Shown: positions 24,859 to 38,265 of the stretch, piece by piece | Numbering within the stretch: position 1 is the stretch's first letter | How the letters are laid out: each line of letters begins with the position of its first letter | Source of the DNA: Octopus sinensis | Lineage: Eukaryota | Assembly (NCBI RefSeq): GCF_006345805.1 | Contig: NC_043000.1 | Coordinates: 49,414,001-49,478,000 of the forward strand | Reading direction: 5' to 3' | DNA: 64,000 nt | Position numbers and translations under genes: made by a program | The notes under the pieces: model-generated | Database searches by the model: none | Seen by the model: the letters and a program-made list of their open reading frames with translations, nothing else | Told to the model about the DNA's origin: nothing

Positions 24859-27592
24859 TCATCATCATCATCGTTTAGCATCTGCTTTCCATGCTAGCAT
24901 GGGTTGGACGGTTCAACTGGGGTCTGGGAGATCAGAAGGCTGCACCAGGCCCAGTCTGATCTAGCAATGTTTCTACGGCTGGATACCCTTCCTAATGCTA
25001 ACCACTCTGTGAGTGTAGTGGGTGCCTTTACATGCCACCAGCACAGGTGCCAGATGAGGCTGGCAAACGGCCACGATCGGATGGTGCTTTTTACGTGCCA
25101 CCGGCACGATTCAATCACCTGTGGACATTTTTTATCTAACCAAGAGAAATCAATGAAAGGCAAATAAAATTTCAAGGACCATTGAATAGAGGAAAGCTTC
25201 CAGGATGTCGTGTAACATGATCTCCTTTCCTTCCTGTCCACTCTCATCTAAATTTAATGCATTATGCTTTATGAAATGTTGAGTACCTTTGAGCAAGGTG
25301 AATTTTGAGGATTGCTGAGGTAAGCTTGTCTGCAAGCCAAATTCATGAATTGTTTAAATACTTACTATTTATAAGTATTTCCCTTATGTCTGCAATTCTC
25401 TCACTGTATTCTCTGTAATCCTTTGCCAGTCCTGACCTGTACTGAGCATTAAGTTTGTCTCGCTTGACCATAGCCTGCAAAGGTTTCCTTTAGCTTTTTT
25501 TTTTTTATTATTTCTATGGCAAGCTGTCTTTTATTGTAACCTCTTGCTCAACTTTCATCTTTTATTCGGGCTTGTAATTAGCTGGTTTCTTTATTTGATT
25601 ACTAAGTAGGGAGGAAAGTGTGAAGGTATGTAGCTTAGTGGTTAGGGTGTTTGGCACATGACTGTAAAGTCATAAGTTCAATTCCTAGTGACACATTGTG
25701 TCCTTGAGCAAGACACTTTATTTCACATTGCTCCAGTCCACTCAGTTGTCAAAGATGAGTAATACCTGTATTTCAAAGGGCCAGCCTTGTCACAATATGT
25801 GACATACTGAATCTCCTTGAGAACTACATTAAGGGTATGCTTGTCTATGGAGTACTCAGCCACTTGCATATTAATTTTACCAGCAAGCTGTTCTGTTGAT
25901 CATATCAACTGGAACGCTCATTGTCATAACCAACGGCATGCCAGTTAGGGAGGAGACTAGCAATTTCTGAGAGAGAAAGAGAAGGTGGGGAAAATAGAGA
26001 TGGAGAGAAAAAAAAAACAGAAGAATTGAAGTTACTACTTTACTAGTACTACTATTTTATTGAAGGATGGAAAGCAAAGTTGACTGCAATGTGGTTTGAA
26101 CTCAGACTGCAAAGACCTGAAATAAATAACAAAACATTTGAATGACAGTCTAACACTTCTGCCAATCATATGCAGCCAATCTCACCATTGAAATGCATCC
26201 ATATCACACAATTTTATTTCTATCCCAGCTGCCAACTCCCAATAACCTGTAAACCCAGTATTAAGCTGAGAGTTTTATTTCTGAATGTATATGTGTGGCT
26301 TTTTATTTTTATGAAAGGAACCAGCAATCACAATCACTTGAAGAAATAAAAAGAAAACCAAAATAAAAAAAAAAGCTTGAAAAATAAATTAAAAGGAACT
26401 AAAATAAAATTGAATGATATGTTCTTGAATGAAATTATTTTCAAGAGTATGAGACATCATGTAAAGACATTTAGATGACTTCTTTCTTCAGTTCCTCAGT
26501 TGTGATTGCACATATGCATGTACATACATGCACACATTCAGTTATGTGGAGATTTTAGATATATGTACATACACATAGATATACATAAATGCACATGTAA
26601 GCATGGTGTAGCCTATAAATACAAACGTGTGTGTGTGTGTGTACCTGATATTTTGTCAAAGACTCGTTAAAAACTGCTGAAACATGATTATAAATTTCTC
26701 CATTGGTATCAAGTTAAACAGCTTAAATTGTTTGTATTGCCTTTGCTGAATAACAGGAGATTAATGTTAGACAAATAAAGTGAAAATAATAATAATAAAA
26801 TAGATAAATAAATATATAAAAACAAAACAAAATTATGTAAAAGAAATAAAATAGAATTTGTTAAAGTATTACAAAAAGACATATTAAAAAATACCCACAA
26901 GTCAGAAAAAAGAATCCATAATTTACACTTAGCCTGAAGCAGATTCTAATTGGTCTACTTCACGTGACTAACCTGAGGTTGTAGTGGCAGTTAATATAAT
27001 TTATTGATTAAAGCATGTAATTAAAGTTTTCAGTGAGATTCATAGCATCTTGTAAATGGCAGTTCAACTTTGTTTAGATAAAACTTGAATTTGAAAATTA
27101 AAATGGTGTATATGCCGATGTATAACATATATTTGTATACGTGTGCATGAAGATGTTTACATTTTTGTGTGTGTGTGTAACTATTTGTATATTTATTGAT
27201 TATATCATTAAATCCATATGATGACTTCTTTTTCATCCCCACCCCCATCCTTTAGTATTTAGGCTGATGTTAATCTTAGGGGATTCAGCAGCATTCAATC
27301 AATACAAATCCTGAAAGTAGGGTATGAATTTAATGGTATTGTTGCTAAATATAAAATATGGATTATGCCAAAGACTATGCATGCTTCCGTGTATTAAGAA
27401 CTTCAATTGAATTTTATGCTTTGGAACATAAAATTACATATATATACATATATGTATGTATATGCATATGTATATATGTATGTGTGTGTATGTGAGTGTA
27501 TATGTATATATATATATATATATATAGGTATGCATGTATGTGTGTGTATATATATATATGTGTGTGTATGAATATATATGTAGGAGTGGTAA

Positions 27593-27755
27593 AGGCACAA
27601 GAATGGCTGTGTGGTAAGAAGCTTGCTTCCCAACCACATGATTCCAGGTTCAGTCCCACTGCGTGACACCTTGGGCAGGTGTTTTCTACTATAGCCTTGG
27701 GCTGACCAAAGCCTTGTAAGTGAATTTGGCAGATGGAGACTGAAAGAAGCCTGTC

Positions 27756-27791
<36 letters not shown>

Positions 27792-27998
27792 GTATTTGTG
27801 TGTCTGTTTGTCCCCCCACCATTGCTTGACAACCAACCGATGCTGGTATGTTTACATCCCCGTAGCTTAGTGGTTCAACAAAAGAGACTGATAGAGTAAG
27901 TATAGGTTTACAAAGAATAAGTCCTGAGGTTGATTTGTTTGACTAAAGGCAGTGGTCCAGCATGGCCACAGTCAAATGACTGAAACAATTAAAAGAAT
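27593..27998 (+). mobile_element. SINE family S1 copy
   Basis: aggcacaagaatggctgtgtggtaagaagc head through the tail. Confidence 0.9.
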
Positions 27999-28087
27999 AT
28001 GTATGTAATGTGTATTGTCCTCCCTGCTGTATATGAATGATGGTGAGGTTCTTGAAAGCAATCACTCTCAAAGTATTGAGTCAGTGA

Positions 28088-29151
28088 TTGTGTAATATCA
28101 ACTTAGATGATGAAGGTCACTTAGTGAGACTGGAGAACTGCAGGATTCCAAAGCAACTCCTGTATGGCAAGGTGTGGCATGTTGAGCATCCATCTTGTAA
28201 ACCTGAGCTGCATTTCAAGGACTGCATAAAAACATCCTTGAAGAAAGCTAAAGAAAAGGGTTGCAATGAAACTGCAACTGATCAGGCAAGATGTAAGAAA
28301 GCAATATATAATAGAAGTAGGGCACTGAGCTGGCAGCATTATTAGTACACAGGGCAAAATGCTTAGTGACATTTCATCTGTCCTTATGTTCTGAGTTCAA
28401 ATTCTGCTGAGGTTGACTTTGCTTTTCATCCTTTCAAGGTTGATAAAATAAGTACCAGTGAAACACTGGAGTCAATATTTGGTTTTGGATTTGGTTTGCA
28501 AGGTTCTTTATATGAGCTCGTGTGTTGAAGCATATTCTGTTGTGTCTGGGGAGAGTCATTTTCTTTGTGCCTTATAATGTAACATTCACAGGTAAAATTT
28601 CCACTTATAAAAAATTTTATTTTCCTAAAATTTCGTTACATTTCGCAACCTTTTCAATAGTCTTGACTCTCCCTAGGCACAACTGGAGTCAATGTAATCC
28701 ACTTAATCTTCCCCAAAATTGCTGGGTTTGTGCCAAACTTTGAAACTAATATACAACAAAAGTGAGAACTTTGAAATAGCTTGAAGAAATCATGAAACGT
28801 TAAAGAGAGACTGCTTGATAGGCTGTGGATGAGATTATTTCTAGGGAATGTGGATGACCAGATTCTGCTGACATGTAATGAATGTAGAAGAGTCTGCTTT
28901 AGCAGAGCAGGATTGAAAAGTGACAACAGAAGTCACATATAGAGAGTTCAATCAAATTGCACCATGCACAGCAAAACAACATGCCATGAATGTAGCAAGG
29001 TTTGCCTATCAGTTGGGGGCTTGAAACAACACATGAAAGTGCATGATGACCAACAAGTGACACTTGTTGTTGGGGGCAATCGTTGTGTGACATCTGTGCC
29101 AAAGAGTGTAGGTCACATGCCAACCTGAAAAGTTACACATGTGCTGTTCAC
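28088..29151 (+). pseudogene. RTE-clade LINE ORF C-terminus (degenerate) with three C2H2 zinc fingers, split by a SINE insertion
   Basis: GHLVRLENCRIPKQLLYGK...KPELHFKDCIKTSLKK...ATDQARCKKAI matches the RTE C-terminal pattern GH(V)xRMxxxRxPKQLLYGE..G.P..R(F/W)KD. Downstream are TCNECRRVCFSRAGLKSDNRSH, TCHECSKVCLSVGGLKQHMKVH and CDICAKECRSHANLKSYTCAVH, with one stop and one frameshift. Confidence 0.8.
28477..28681 (-). mobile_element. 5'-truncated retroposon inserted in an S2 SINE with a 12-bp TSD
   Basis: Flanked by actggagtcaat at 28465-28476 and 28682-28693; homologous to 5893-6082. Confidence 0.8.
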
Positions 29152-30858
29152 ACATGTGACTGATTCTAAAATGCTTCAAGTGATGGCTATACTTGAGAAT
29201 GAGGAAGTAGTCATCATGCATATATATATATGCATACATACATGCATATATATATATAATATATATATATATATATCACGTGATCATGTGACCGACCAGT
29301 CCATCAGATGTAGTTACACATCGCTGGTCACAATGCGTTCGCATTGTTTTAGCCTTCGAATGATGCCTCCCCGCTGGCTAAGCGAGCAGGCCAACAGGAG
29401 AAGAGTGGTGAAGGAGTACAGCAGGGATCACCACCACCTGCTGGAGCCTCGTGGAGCTTTTAGGTGTTTTCGCTCAATAAACACTCACAACGCCCGGCCT
29501 GGGAATTGAAACTGCGATCCTACGACCTTGAGTCCACTGCCCTAACTACTGGGCCATTGTGCCTCCACATATATATATATATGTACACATATATATCCCG
29601 TCTTATTTCCATGCCCCTTCACAAATAGGGGCAATGTTCAAACTTGTACCAACCCCTCCATCACCACCATTTCTACACCCTGTACAATGGACTTTTGCAT
29701 ACTTTCCTCTTTCCAAATTCCACAGACAAAGTATTGGCCAACTGGAGACAAAAGAGACCAATAGAATAAGTACAAAGGCTTACAAAGAATAAGTCCTGGG
29801 GGTCGATTTGCTCGACTAAAAGGCGGTGCTCCAGCATGGCCACAGTCAAATGACTGAAACAAGTAAAAGAGTAAAAGAATATTAAAAAGGCTATTCAGAA
29901 CAGATATGTTGATGCTGCAAATTTTGGGGATCAATACTTATAAAAGGCTGCTGTACTGCCAATCTCTCCAAACTATACCAGCATGAACAAAAAAAAAAAA
30001 AAACCAAAAAAAAACCACAGATGTAAAACTGATATTAATGATAATGACTGTGATGATGACAAGGACAATAAATAGAAAACTTTCAAAAATTATCCTTTGC
30101 CAGTCATTATGAAGAAAATCCATAACCAGGCGGATGATTGCTGTCTCAGATAGAATTTAGAAAAGTCAAAAGAATAATAATAATAATTCATATCATGAAA
30201 ATGAGTGAATGCAATAAACTTTTTATTAAAAACCATCTATCTTGATGACATTAAAATCCCTATTTCTCATGAGGCCAAAAGTCTTGATATTATATTAGAT
30301 AGGATTGGCCTTTAACCAAGACATCGATCAGCGGATCAATGATGCATTCATCACCCAAAGAAATTACATATTTTTTTTTTTTTTAAATAAAACAAAAATT
30401 CATTAATCTTGATCAGATCAAGATTTAAGCTAAACTCTCTTATGATTTCCAAATTCAACAGTTGTATTTCACTCAACTTTTGTGATGTCATTTAAAAATA
30501 AAGAAGTAAATCATCATCATCACAATCATTATCATCATCATCATCACAATCATCATCATCATCATTATCATCACTAAATTTATCATTGTTTTGACGTCCA
30601 TTTTCCCATTATTTGCATAGGTCTGATGGAATGTGTTGAGGCATATTTTACAAGACCAGACGCTCCTCCTATCACCAACACCTTGATCCGTTTCCAAGCT
30701 AGATACTATTTTCCCATGCCTAGACATGTTTTTTTACAGAGGACTGACAACAAGCAGCATCACTTGTATCACAGTGTTGCTCATTCACAACCACTACAAG
30801 ATGTTGAGATAAGAGCTCACACAAACACATATACATCTTCTCTTTTTTTTTTCTTTTA

Positions 30859-31263
30859 TCTTTTACTTGTTTCAGTCATTTGACTGTGGCCATGCTGGAG
30901 CACCGCCTTTAGTCAAGCAAATCGACCCCGGGACTTATTCTTTGTAAGCCCAGTACTTATTCTATTGGTCTCTTTTGCCGAACTGCTAAGTGATGGTGAC
31001 GTAAACACACCAGCATCGGTTGTCAAGCAATGCTAGGGGGACAAACACAGACACACAAACATTTACACACACATACATATACATATATATACATATATAC
31101 GACAGGCTTCTTTCAGTTTCCGTCTACTAAATCCACTCACAAGGCATTGGTTGGCCCGGGGCTATAGCAGAAGACACTTGCCCAAGATGCCACACAGTGA
31201 GACTGAACCTGGAACCATGTGGTTGGTAAGCAAGCTACTTACCACACAGCCACTCCTGCGCCT
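30859..31263 (-). mobile_element. SINE family S1 copy (young subfamily)
   Basis: Full-length, about 95% identical by eye to 16935-17343 in inverted orientation. Confidence 0.9.
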
Positions 31264-31280
31264 ATATATATATATATATA

Positions 31281-31941
31281 CAAGATAAGAAAATGGAGCA
31301 ATACATCTAAATCAAATATCAATTTCCAGATAATACTCAATCACATACTTTATTAAACCACCACATAAGAGACTGTAGGGTTAAATATAAAAAGCAGAAC
31401 AAATCAGTGTACATAAAGGAATGTACATAAAAAAGTGTACATAAAAGAGTAATGTTGTATAATAAGTAGAATATATATAAAAGAGAATATAGATATAAGT
31501 AAATATAAATATAAGTATAGATTACATCTTACAGCTGTTTCGGCCATGTAGATAAGTATGTCTCATTTTACCAATATTAGCCCTTTATGGTTGGTCAATA
31601 TATAGATATAAATGAGACATTTACAAAAATATCATAAGGGCTAATATTGGTAAAATGAGACATACTTATCTACATGGCCGAAACAGCTCTAAGATGTTAT
31701 CTATATTTATATTTATATTTACTTATATTTATATTCTCTTTTATATATATTCTACTTATTATACAACATTACTCTTTTATGTACACCTTTTTTATGTACA
31801 CTCCTTTATGTACACTGATTTGTTCTGCTTTTTATATTTAACCCTACAGTCTCTTATGTAGTGGTTTAATAAAGTATGTGATTGAGTATTATCTGGTAAT
31901 TGATATTTGATTTAGATGTATTTCTCCATTTTCTTATCTTG
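31281..31941. mobile_element. Fold-back palindrome B (~309-bp arms, 43-nt spacer), pLTR-like
   Basis: 31281-31589 is the reverse complement of 31633-31941 with roughly 10 differences; TA on both flanks; the arms contain GCCGAAACAGCT(G/C)TAAGATG and a distal AATAAA. Confidence 0.9.
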
Positions 31942-34599
31942 TATTAGTAATTTGTGGTAAATCATTTTACCTTTGCCCATATAATACAGTAAATGAATTG
32001 ATAGCATCGCAATCATTAACATTTATGTATTAACTTTGTTGGGTACTTCACTAACAGTATATTGGATATATGTTATCCCATGGAGTGTTGCATTTACAAC
32101 CCCTATCTCAATTTGTATATATATATATATATATATAAACAATGGGCTTCTTTCAGTTACCCATCTACCAAATTCACTCACAAGGCTTTGGTTGGCTCAC
32201 AGTTTTAGTACTAGACACTTCTCCAAGGTACTGTACCATGGCACTGAACCTAAAATTTCATGACTATGAAGCAAGCTTCTTAATCACAGACATTCCTGCA
32301 TCAATTAATATCCTTCCTTTTTGCTTATTATGGCCATATAATTAAGAAGATCACTTTGCAATCAGGTATATTCATTCAGAGTTTGTTACCACTGCTTGAT
32401 ACCATTTTGAGTAAGTATCCCTCTATCAGACCCTCAAGTCTACTAATGTCTTGTGAGTAAAACTAAGTTGATGTAAATTGTGTGGAAAGATCATCATATG
32501 TGCTATATCTGTCCTTATATGGCAGACATAATCCATTGCCTGCTTTCACCTAACTTATGTGTGTATGTAGCAGTGTTTATTCCACTGCTTTTATACCATG
32601 ACTGATGGCACATATCCCAGTGGTTTGGGCATTACACTTACAATAGAGAAGTCATAAGTTCAATTCCTGGACTGGTTGGTGCATTTTGTTGTTGAGCAAA
32701 ACATTTCATCTCACATCGCTTAGCAATTGCTTTGACATCTGATGCATGGCGCACCATGCCCCTGTTCAAGCAATGTCGATTTGATGGAGGAAGTGAGCTA
32801 ATGTACAATACATTCATTTTACAAACCCAGAAGGATGAGAAGCAAAAACAAAAAAAAAAAAAGAAACATTGTGGGATTTGAGTTTAGCACATAAAGAAGT
32901 GGATGAAACACCACTAAGTATTTTGTCCAATTAATCACCTTTCGAATAATAATCCTTTCTACTATAGGCACAAGGCCTGAAATTTGGTGGGAGTGGTCTA
33001 GTCGATTTCATTGACACTAGTGGAATTTGAACTCAGAATGTAGCAGTAGACAAAATATCACTAAGCATTTTGCCCGGCATGCTAATGATTCTGCCAGCTC
33101 ACCACCTTACTCCTTTCTAATAATAATAATAATAATAAGAAGAAGAAGAAGAAGAAGAATCCCTTCTACTATTGGCACAAGACCTGAAATTTGGGGGGAG
33201 GGGGCTAGTTGATTACATTGACTCCAGTGTGTAGCTGGTACTTATTTAATCAACCCCAAAAGGATGAAAGACAAAGTCGACCTTGGTGTGCTACCAATTC
33301 TGTTACCTTGTCACCTTAATAATAATGATGATGATACTAATAAGGGTGATTGTACAATGTATATTGAAAAAAACTGGGAAATTTTTAGGAAGCCTTGTAC
33401 TCAACTGATGGTTATTTTAATGATACCAGACAAATGACTGGTAAAGTTGACAATGGGAAGAGTTCATCACAGAATGGAGATAACTAAATACTACAAGAGA
33501 TCAATTCTATATCACACATGTGCATATACACACATATACAAATACATATATATAAACTCCTGTATCCATGTAATCTGGAATTTTGGGTAGAATCAAAGCT
33601 ATAATATATCCAGAATGCAATTTGCAAGCAAAAATTAAATTCAAAAATACAATTAACAAAAACATACAGACCTTTCGTTTTTGCCTGCTTACCATACATA
33701 TACATGTGGACAAGTGTCTGTATACTCTTATGCATGCACACACACACATGCATACATGCATGTGTGTGTGTATTACCTCTAATGTTCCTCCAAAATTTGA
33801 ACACCTATAGAATTATTGATTTTCTTTGAAAAGTTGCAAAATTTTACACTATAATTGTTACAATTTAAATATTTTAGAGGTGCAAAGTTGCAAAGTTTTG
33901 GGGAAAATATTAAAGGATTTTGTTTATATTTTTATTTCTCTACTTTTCTTTCACACCAATATGGTTCCTTCATTTAAATTTTCCTTTTTTTTTTTTTTTG
34001 AAGATTATTTTAGAAACTTTTCCATTTAGGTGTTCTTTCATTTTTTTTTCATGATAATACAAAGAATTTATCGGTTCTCATGTTGCTACCCCCACCCCAC
34101 CATTAAAATAACAAAATGTTTCAGAAGAGAATGATTCATTCACATCATGATGATAATGGTCAATAAAAGAGATTCTGAAAGACAAAAACCATCTGTTCCA
34201 TTAAACATTATACATAGCATCAAAAGCAAGAGAAAATGTCAGCAACCAGAAACAATGTGTCTAGCAGAGTCAAAAGCAAAAAAAAAAAAAAAAAAAAAAA
34301 ATAGAAAAAAGAAAAAGGAAGAAAAAAGCACAATGCTTAGGAGATAAGAGATTGCTTACAAAACTAATGTCTACTGAGAGAAATCCTGTCATCAATTCCT
34401 CGTGGACAAATTTGACTATAAATGATAGAAGCCATGTATGTATCCACAGAATCTAGAAGATTCTCAAAAACAGAAAACAAAAAATTCCAGATTTTGTAAC
34501 ATTCCAGTGCCTGAAAAAGCTCAGATATCAAGAAATAAAGCATTGCTTACAGAAACCAACTTCATGAATGGCACAAAATAGATGGCCTGATTTTGTTTT

Positions 34600-34980
34600 T
34601 TTTTAATGTTATCTTCTAAAAATGAATCAAGAATTTCCTCTTTTCCCAAATGAAGCTCACAGGTATCAGGAAATACTGTTTAACAACCTACAAGAAGATC
34701 TTTAGGTGATGATAAAATCGTGTGTCGGTCTTTCACTTGTCGTGGTATAGAAAATCTTTCTTGTTCATTTCCTGCAAAAGTAGTATGAAAATGTTAGAAG
34801 GAAGAAATTTGAGAAAAGCATTTCCTCTACATTTATAGAATGGCTAATTCATCCCATTCTGGCAATATCCCAATGTAATAATGTTCCTGCTTATTCAGCC
34901 AAATTAGTAAAAAAATTTCTCAAAGCTCACGAAATGGAGACATTGTTTGAGTCTATAGATTCTCCTGACTTGAATTATAC
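34600..34980 (+). pseudogene. Highly degenerate Tc1-like transposase remnant (extent may be ~34400-35140)
   Basis: SSKNESR (cf. FSDES) at ~34613-34633, and NNVPAYSAKLVKKFLKAHEMETLFESIDSPDLN at 34877-34975 (cf. QDNAPxHxAK..K.FL.....L.WP..SPDLN). Confidence 0.7.
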
Positions 34981-35404
34981 AGTACAAAAGCTAAATTCAA
35001 GAAAATTTTAAACCAAGCAACTTTACTGCTGGCAAATATTGAAGAATGAAAGAAATTTGAGCCAACATTATTGAAGAAAGCTTTCTGACAATATTATTCA
35101 AAGGATTAAATATTTCTCATATATTATTGCCAGAAGCACTGATTCAATTCTTAAATGTTGCTCAAGGATAAAATAATCTTCAATTATTTTAAAATTGGAA
35201 CATAATAATTGATTTGATTTTAACAAAAATAAAATTGAATAAGCCAAATTAAAAATATTTCAGTCAATCCAGCTAATTTTTGCAGAAGGAGGATTAAATT
35301 ATACGTAGATGTCTAAACATGTGAAAGAGCTTTTATATCATGTGCATTGATGTATAGAGAAAACAATATATATTTATGAATACATGTTATGTATATATAT
35401 ATTA

Positions 35405-35438
<34 letters not shown>

Positions 35439-35634
35439 CACTAAGTTACAGGGTGTATATATGTATGTATGTATGTGTGTGTGTTTGTCCCCGGAGTTGG
35501 TTTGCTTACACCCAGTAACTTTGTGGTATATATACACACACAAATATACATATATATATATATGTGTACTTGTATATATATATATATAAGTATGTGTGTG
35601 TGTTTGTCTCTCTAGTTAGTTTGCTTACACCCTG

Positions 35635-35682
<48 letters not shown>

Positions 35683-37857
35683 AAAATGGGGAAGGCTGGT
35701 TTATGTAATTACTTTAGGTTTCCTGTCCACAAAGGGTTTAGCGAATATGTATACACTGGGCTTCTTTCAATTTCCATTTACCAAATCCACTCACAAAGTT
35801 TTAGTAGGACATACATATGCAGAACTGCTTTGACACCAAATCTGCAAGTGCACTAACATGATCGTAAATTCACATTTATGCAAATAACTACTGTAGCATA
35901 TACCTATTTTAGTATATACTACAATATGGAAAAGCTAAGATTTTCAAACTAAGAAATACCCCAGCTAATATGAATTTTATACATACAATCTGTAAGTAGA
36001 ACAGTAAAAATATTGAATACATCTTTAAAGTTCAATATATATTATATCAGTTATAGTTATTGTCCAGATTTCACTGATTGAATTATGTTTCTTTGTTAGA
36101 AACCAAATTGTCTCATGGAGGCATCAAATAAATAACACACTGACACACACATGTATATCTGTGTGTGTGTGTATATATAAATATATATATATATACACAC
36201 ACATATACACACTTGTTGATATGTGTGTTTGTTTATTCTTAGTTTAATTATTCCTCATAGTGCTTACTACATTTGATATCCTCATGTAGAAATATTCATA
36301 CAGTCTCAAGTGTTGTAAAAAAGAAGTTTCAATGTGCTTGTTTTCCTTGATATTGTAGTTATTGTTTGTTTGTTTCTATTCATTTGAGTTGAAATGGAAA
36401 GCAAGCTAATGTTTCGTTACCTTTTCGGTTTACTGAATATAATGTAAGTATAAAATAGAGTTTTGACATTTTGACCATTTTTAAACAAAGCCTGTCAAAT
36501 TAATCTTATGTAAAATGACATATGTTAATTTTTTTCTCCGATTATAACAGTGAGAATGTGCTCCAATGAAATATATGATAAATCTATAAAACTTTCAGTA
36601 ATAGTAAAGAAAATATCAACAGCAATAACAATAAATTTATGAAAATACCAACAAAAATTTGCTACTAAGATATAGCGATAAAGCAGTTGGCATTACTAGT
36701 GGAAAAAAATCCGGAAATTATTTTAGTCATAAGCTATACTTTCAGAGATAAATAGTGTCTTCCATATATAAATTTTCATAAAGTTTTCACATAAATATAG
36801 TTATTTTTGTTGAAAATATTACACTTGTGGTCTGTCCATAAATTGGTAAATAAGTATCTTCTACATGATTAATCTTATTCAAATTAGGATTTAAATATTG
36901 TTTAACTGACAAATGAAATAAGTTTGTTTCTATTTATTATTTTTTTTTATCATGTACAAATCAAAATTCCTTCTAAACTTTTTTATTAACTATTTATCAC
37001 TTTCCTTTTAAATTCTGAAGTTTTATATCCCTGAATACATGACACCGCAGTCACAAAAGAGTGATGAATACTAAGCTTTTGTTTGAAAAGGGTTGTACTT
37101 TTGCTAATAATATATTTGTGTTAATATGTATCAGGGTACCACTAACACCACTTGACCTTATGATCCTAGGTCATTCTTAAGTAGCTTTTTAATGAATGAC
37201 ATTAGACTGTTTAAATTAACTACTGTAAAAACCCATGTAATTTATGCACTTTTTCTTCACAAAAACAAAAATGAACTTTAGGGGATGTGTAAATTACATG
37301 AGTGGATTGTTTCCAGAATTTTTTTCGAAATTTATTTTGACAAATGACATGCAAGTATAAATATTCGTACTGGAAGTTGATTCATTTAATGTCAGAACAG
37401 GTTTTTTTTATCGAAAAAATATAATTGACTTCTTTTTATACTGGACAGTATAATGCTTACTTTTTTCTGTATAAATTTACAAAAACCATTAAATGGTTAA
37501 CTACTTTTTGAAGCTTGACGTTCATGCTGGTAATCATGGTCCAGGCCATATTTTACTGCATCTAACGCAGACGACAACATCATAATTCATCCTTGTGTAT
37601 GTAAACTCACTAAGTGAATATGACTTAGCATTCCTGCAAAAACATTCATTTATCTTATACGATGTTTAATGTTGTTTCACATTCATGATGAATTATGCAG
37701 CAACCTTATGTTCTCCACATAGAACACTCATAATTTATGTATTGCCAGTTCTTTTGGTACAGTAGATTTTTGCTATTCTTGTTTATGTCTCCTCACAGAT
37801 GTGTAGATTCTAAGAAGTTACTTCTTAAATTTCGCACCTCTCTTGTTCAATAAACAC

Positions 37858-38265
37858 TCTTTTACTTGTTTCAGTCATTTGACTGCAGCCATGCTGGAGC
37901 ACCGCCTTTAATCGAGCAACTCGACCCCGGGACTTATTCTTTTGTAAGCCCAGTACTTATTCTATCAGTCTCTTTTGCCGAACCGCTAAGTAACGGGGAC
38001 ATAAACACACCAGCATCGGTTGTCAAGCAATGCTAGGGGGACAAACACAGACACACACAAACACACACACACACACATACACATATATATATATATATAC
38101 ATATATACAACGGGCTTCTTTCAGTTTCCACCTCCCAAATCCACTCACAAGGCTTTGGTCGGCCCGAGGCTATAGTAGAAGACACTTGCCCAAGGTGCCA
38201 CGCAGTGGGACTGAACCCGGGACCATGTGGTTGATAAACAAGCTACTTACAACACAGCCACTCCT
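37858..38265 (-). mobile_element. SINE family S1 copy
   Basis: Full length, close to consensus. Confidence 0.9.

Noticed and set aside
25150-25560. Possible LINE ORF remnant on the minus strand
   Set aside because: No diagnostic endonuclease or RT motif could be read; not supportable without a profile search.
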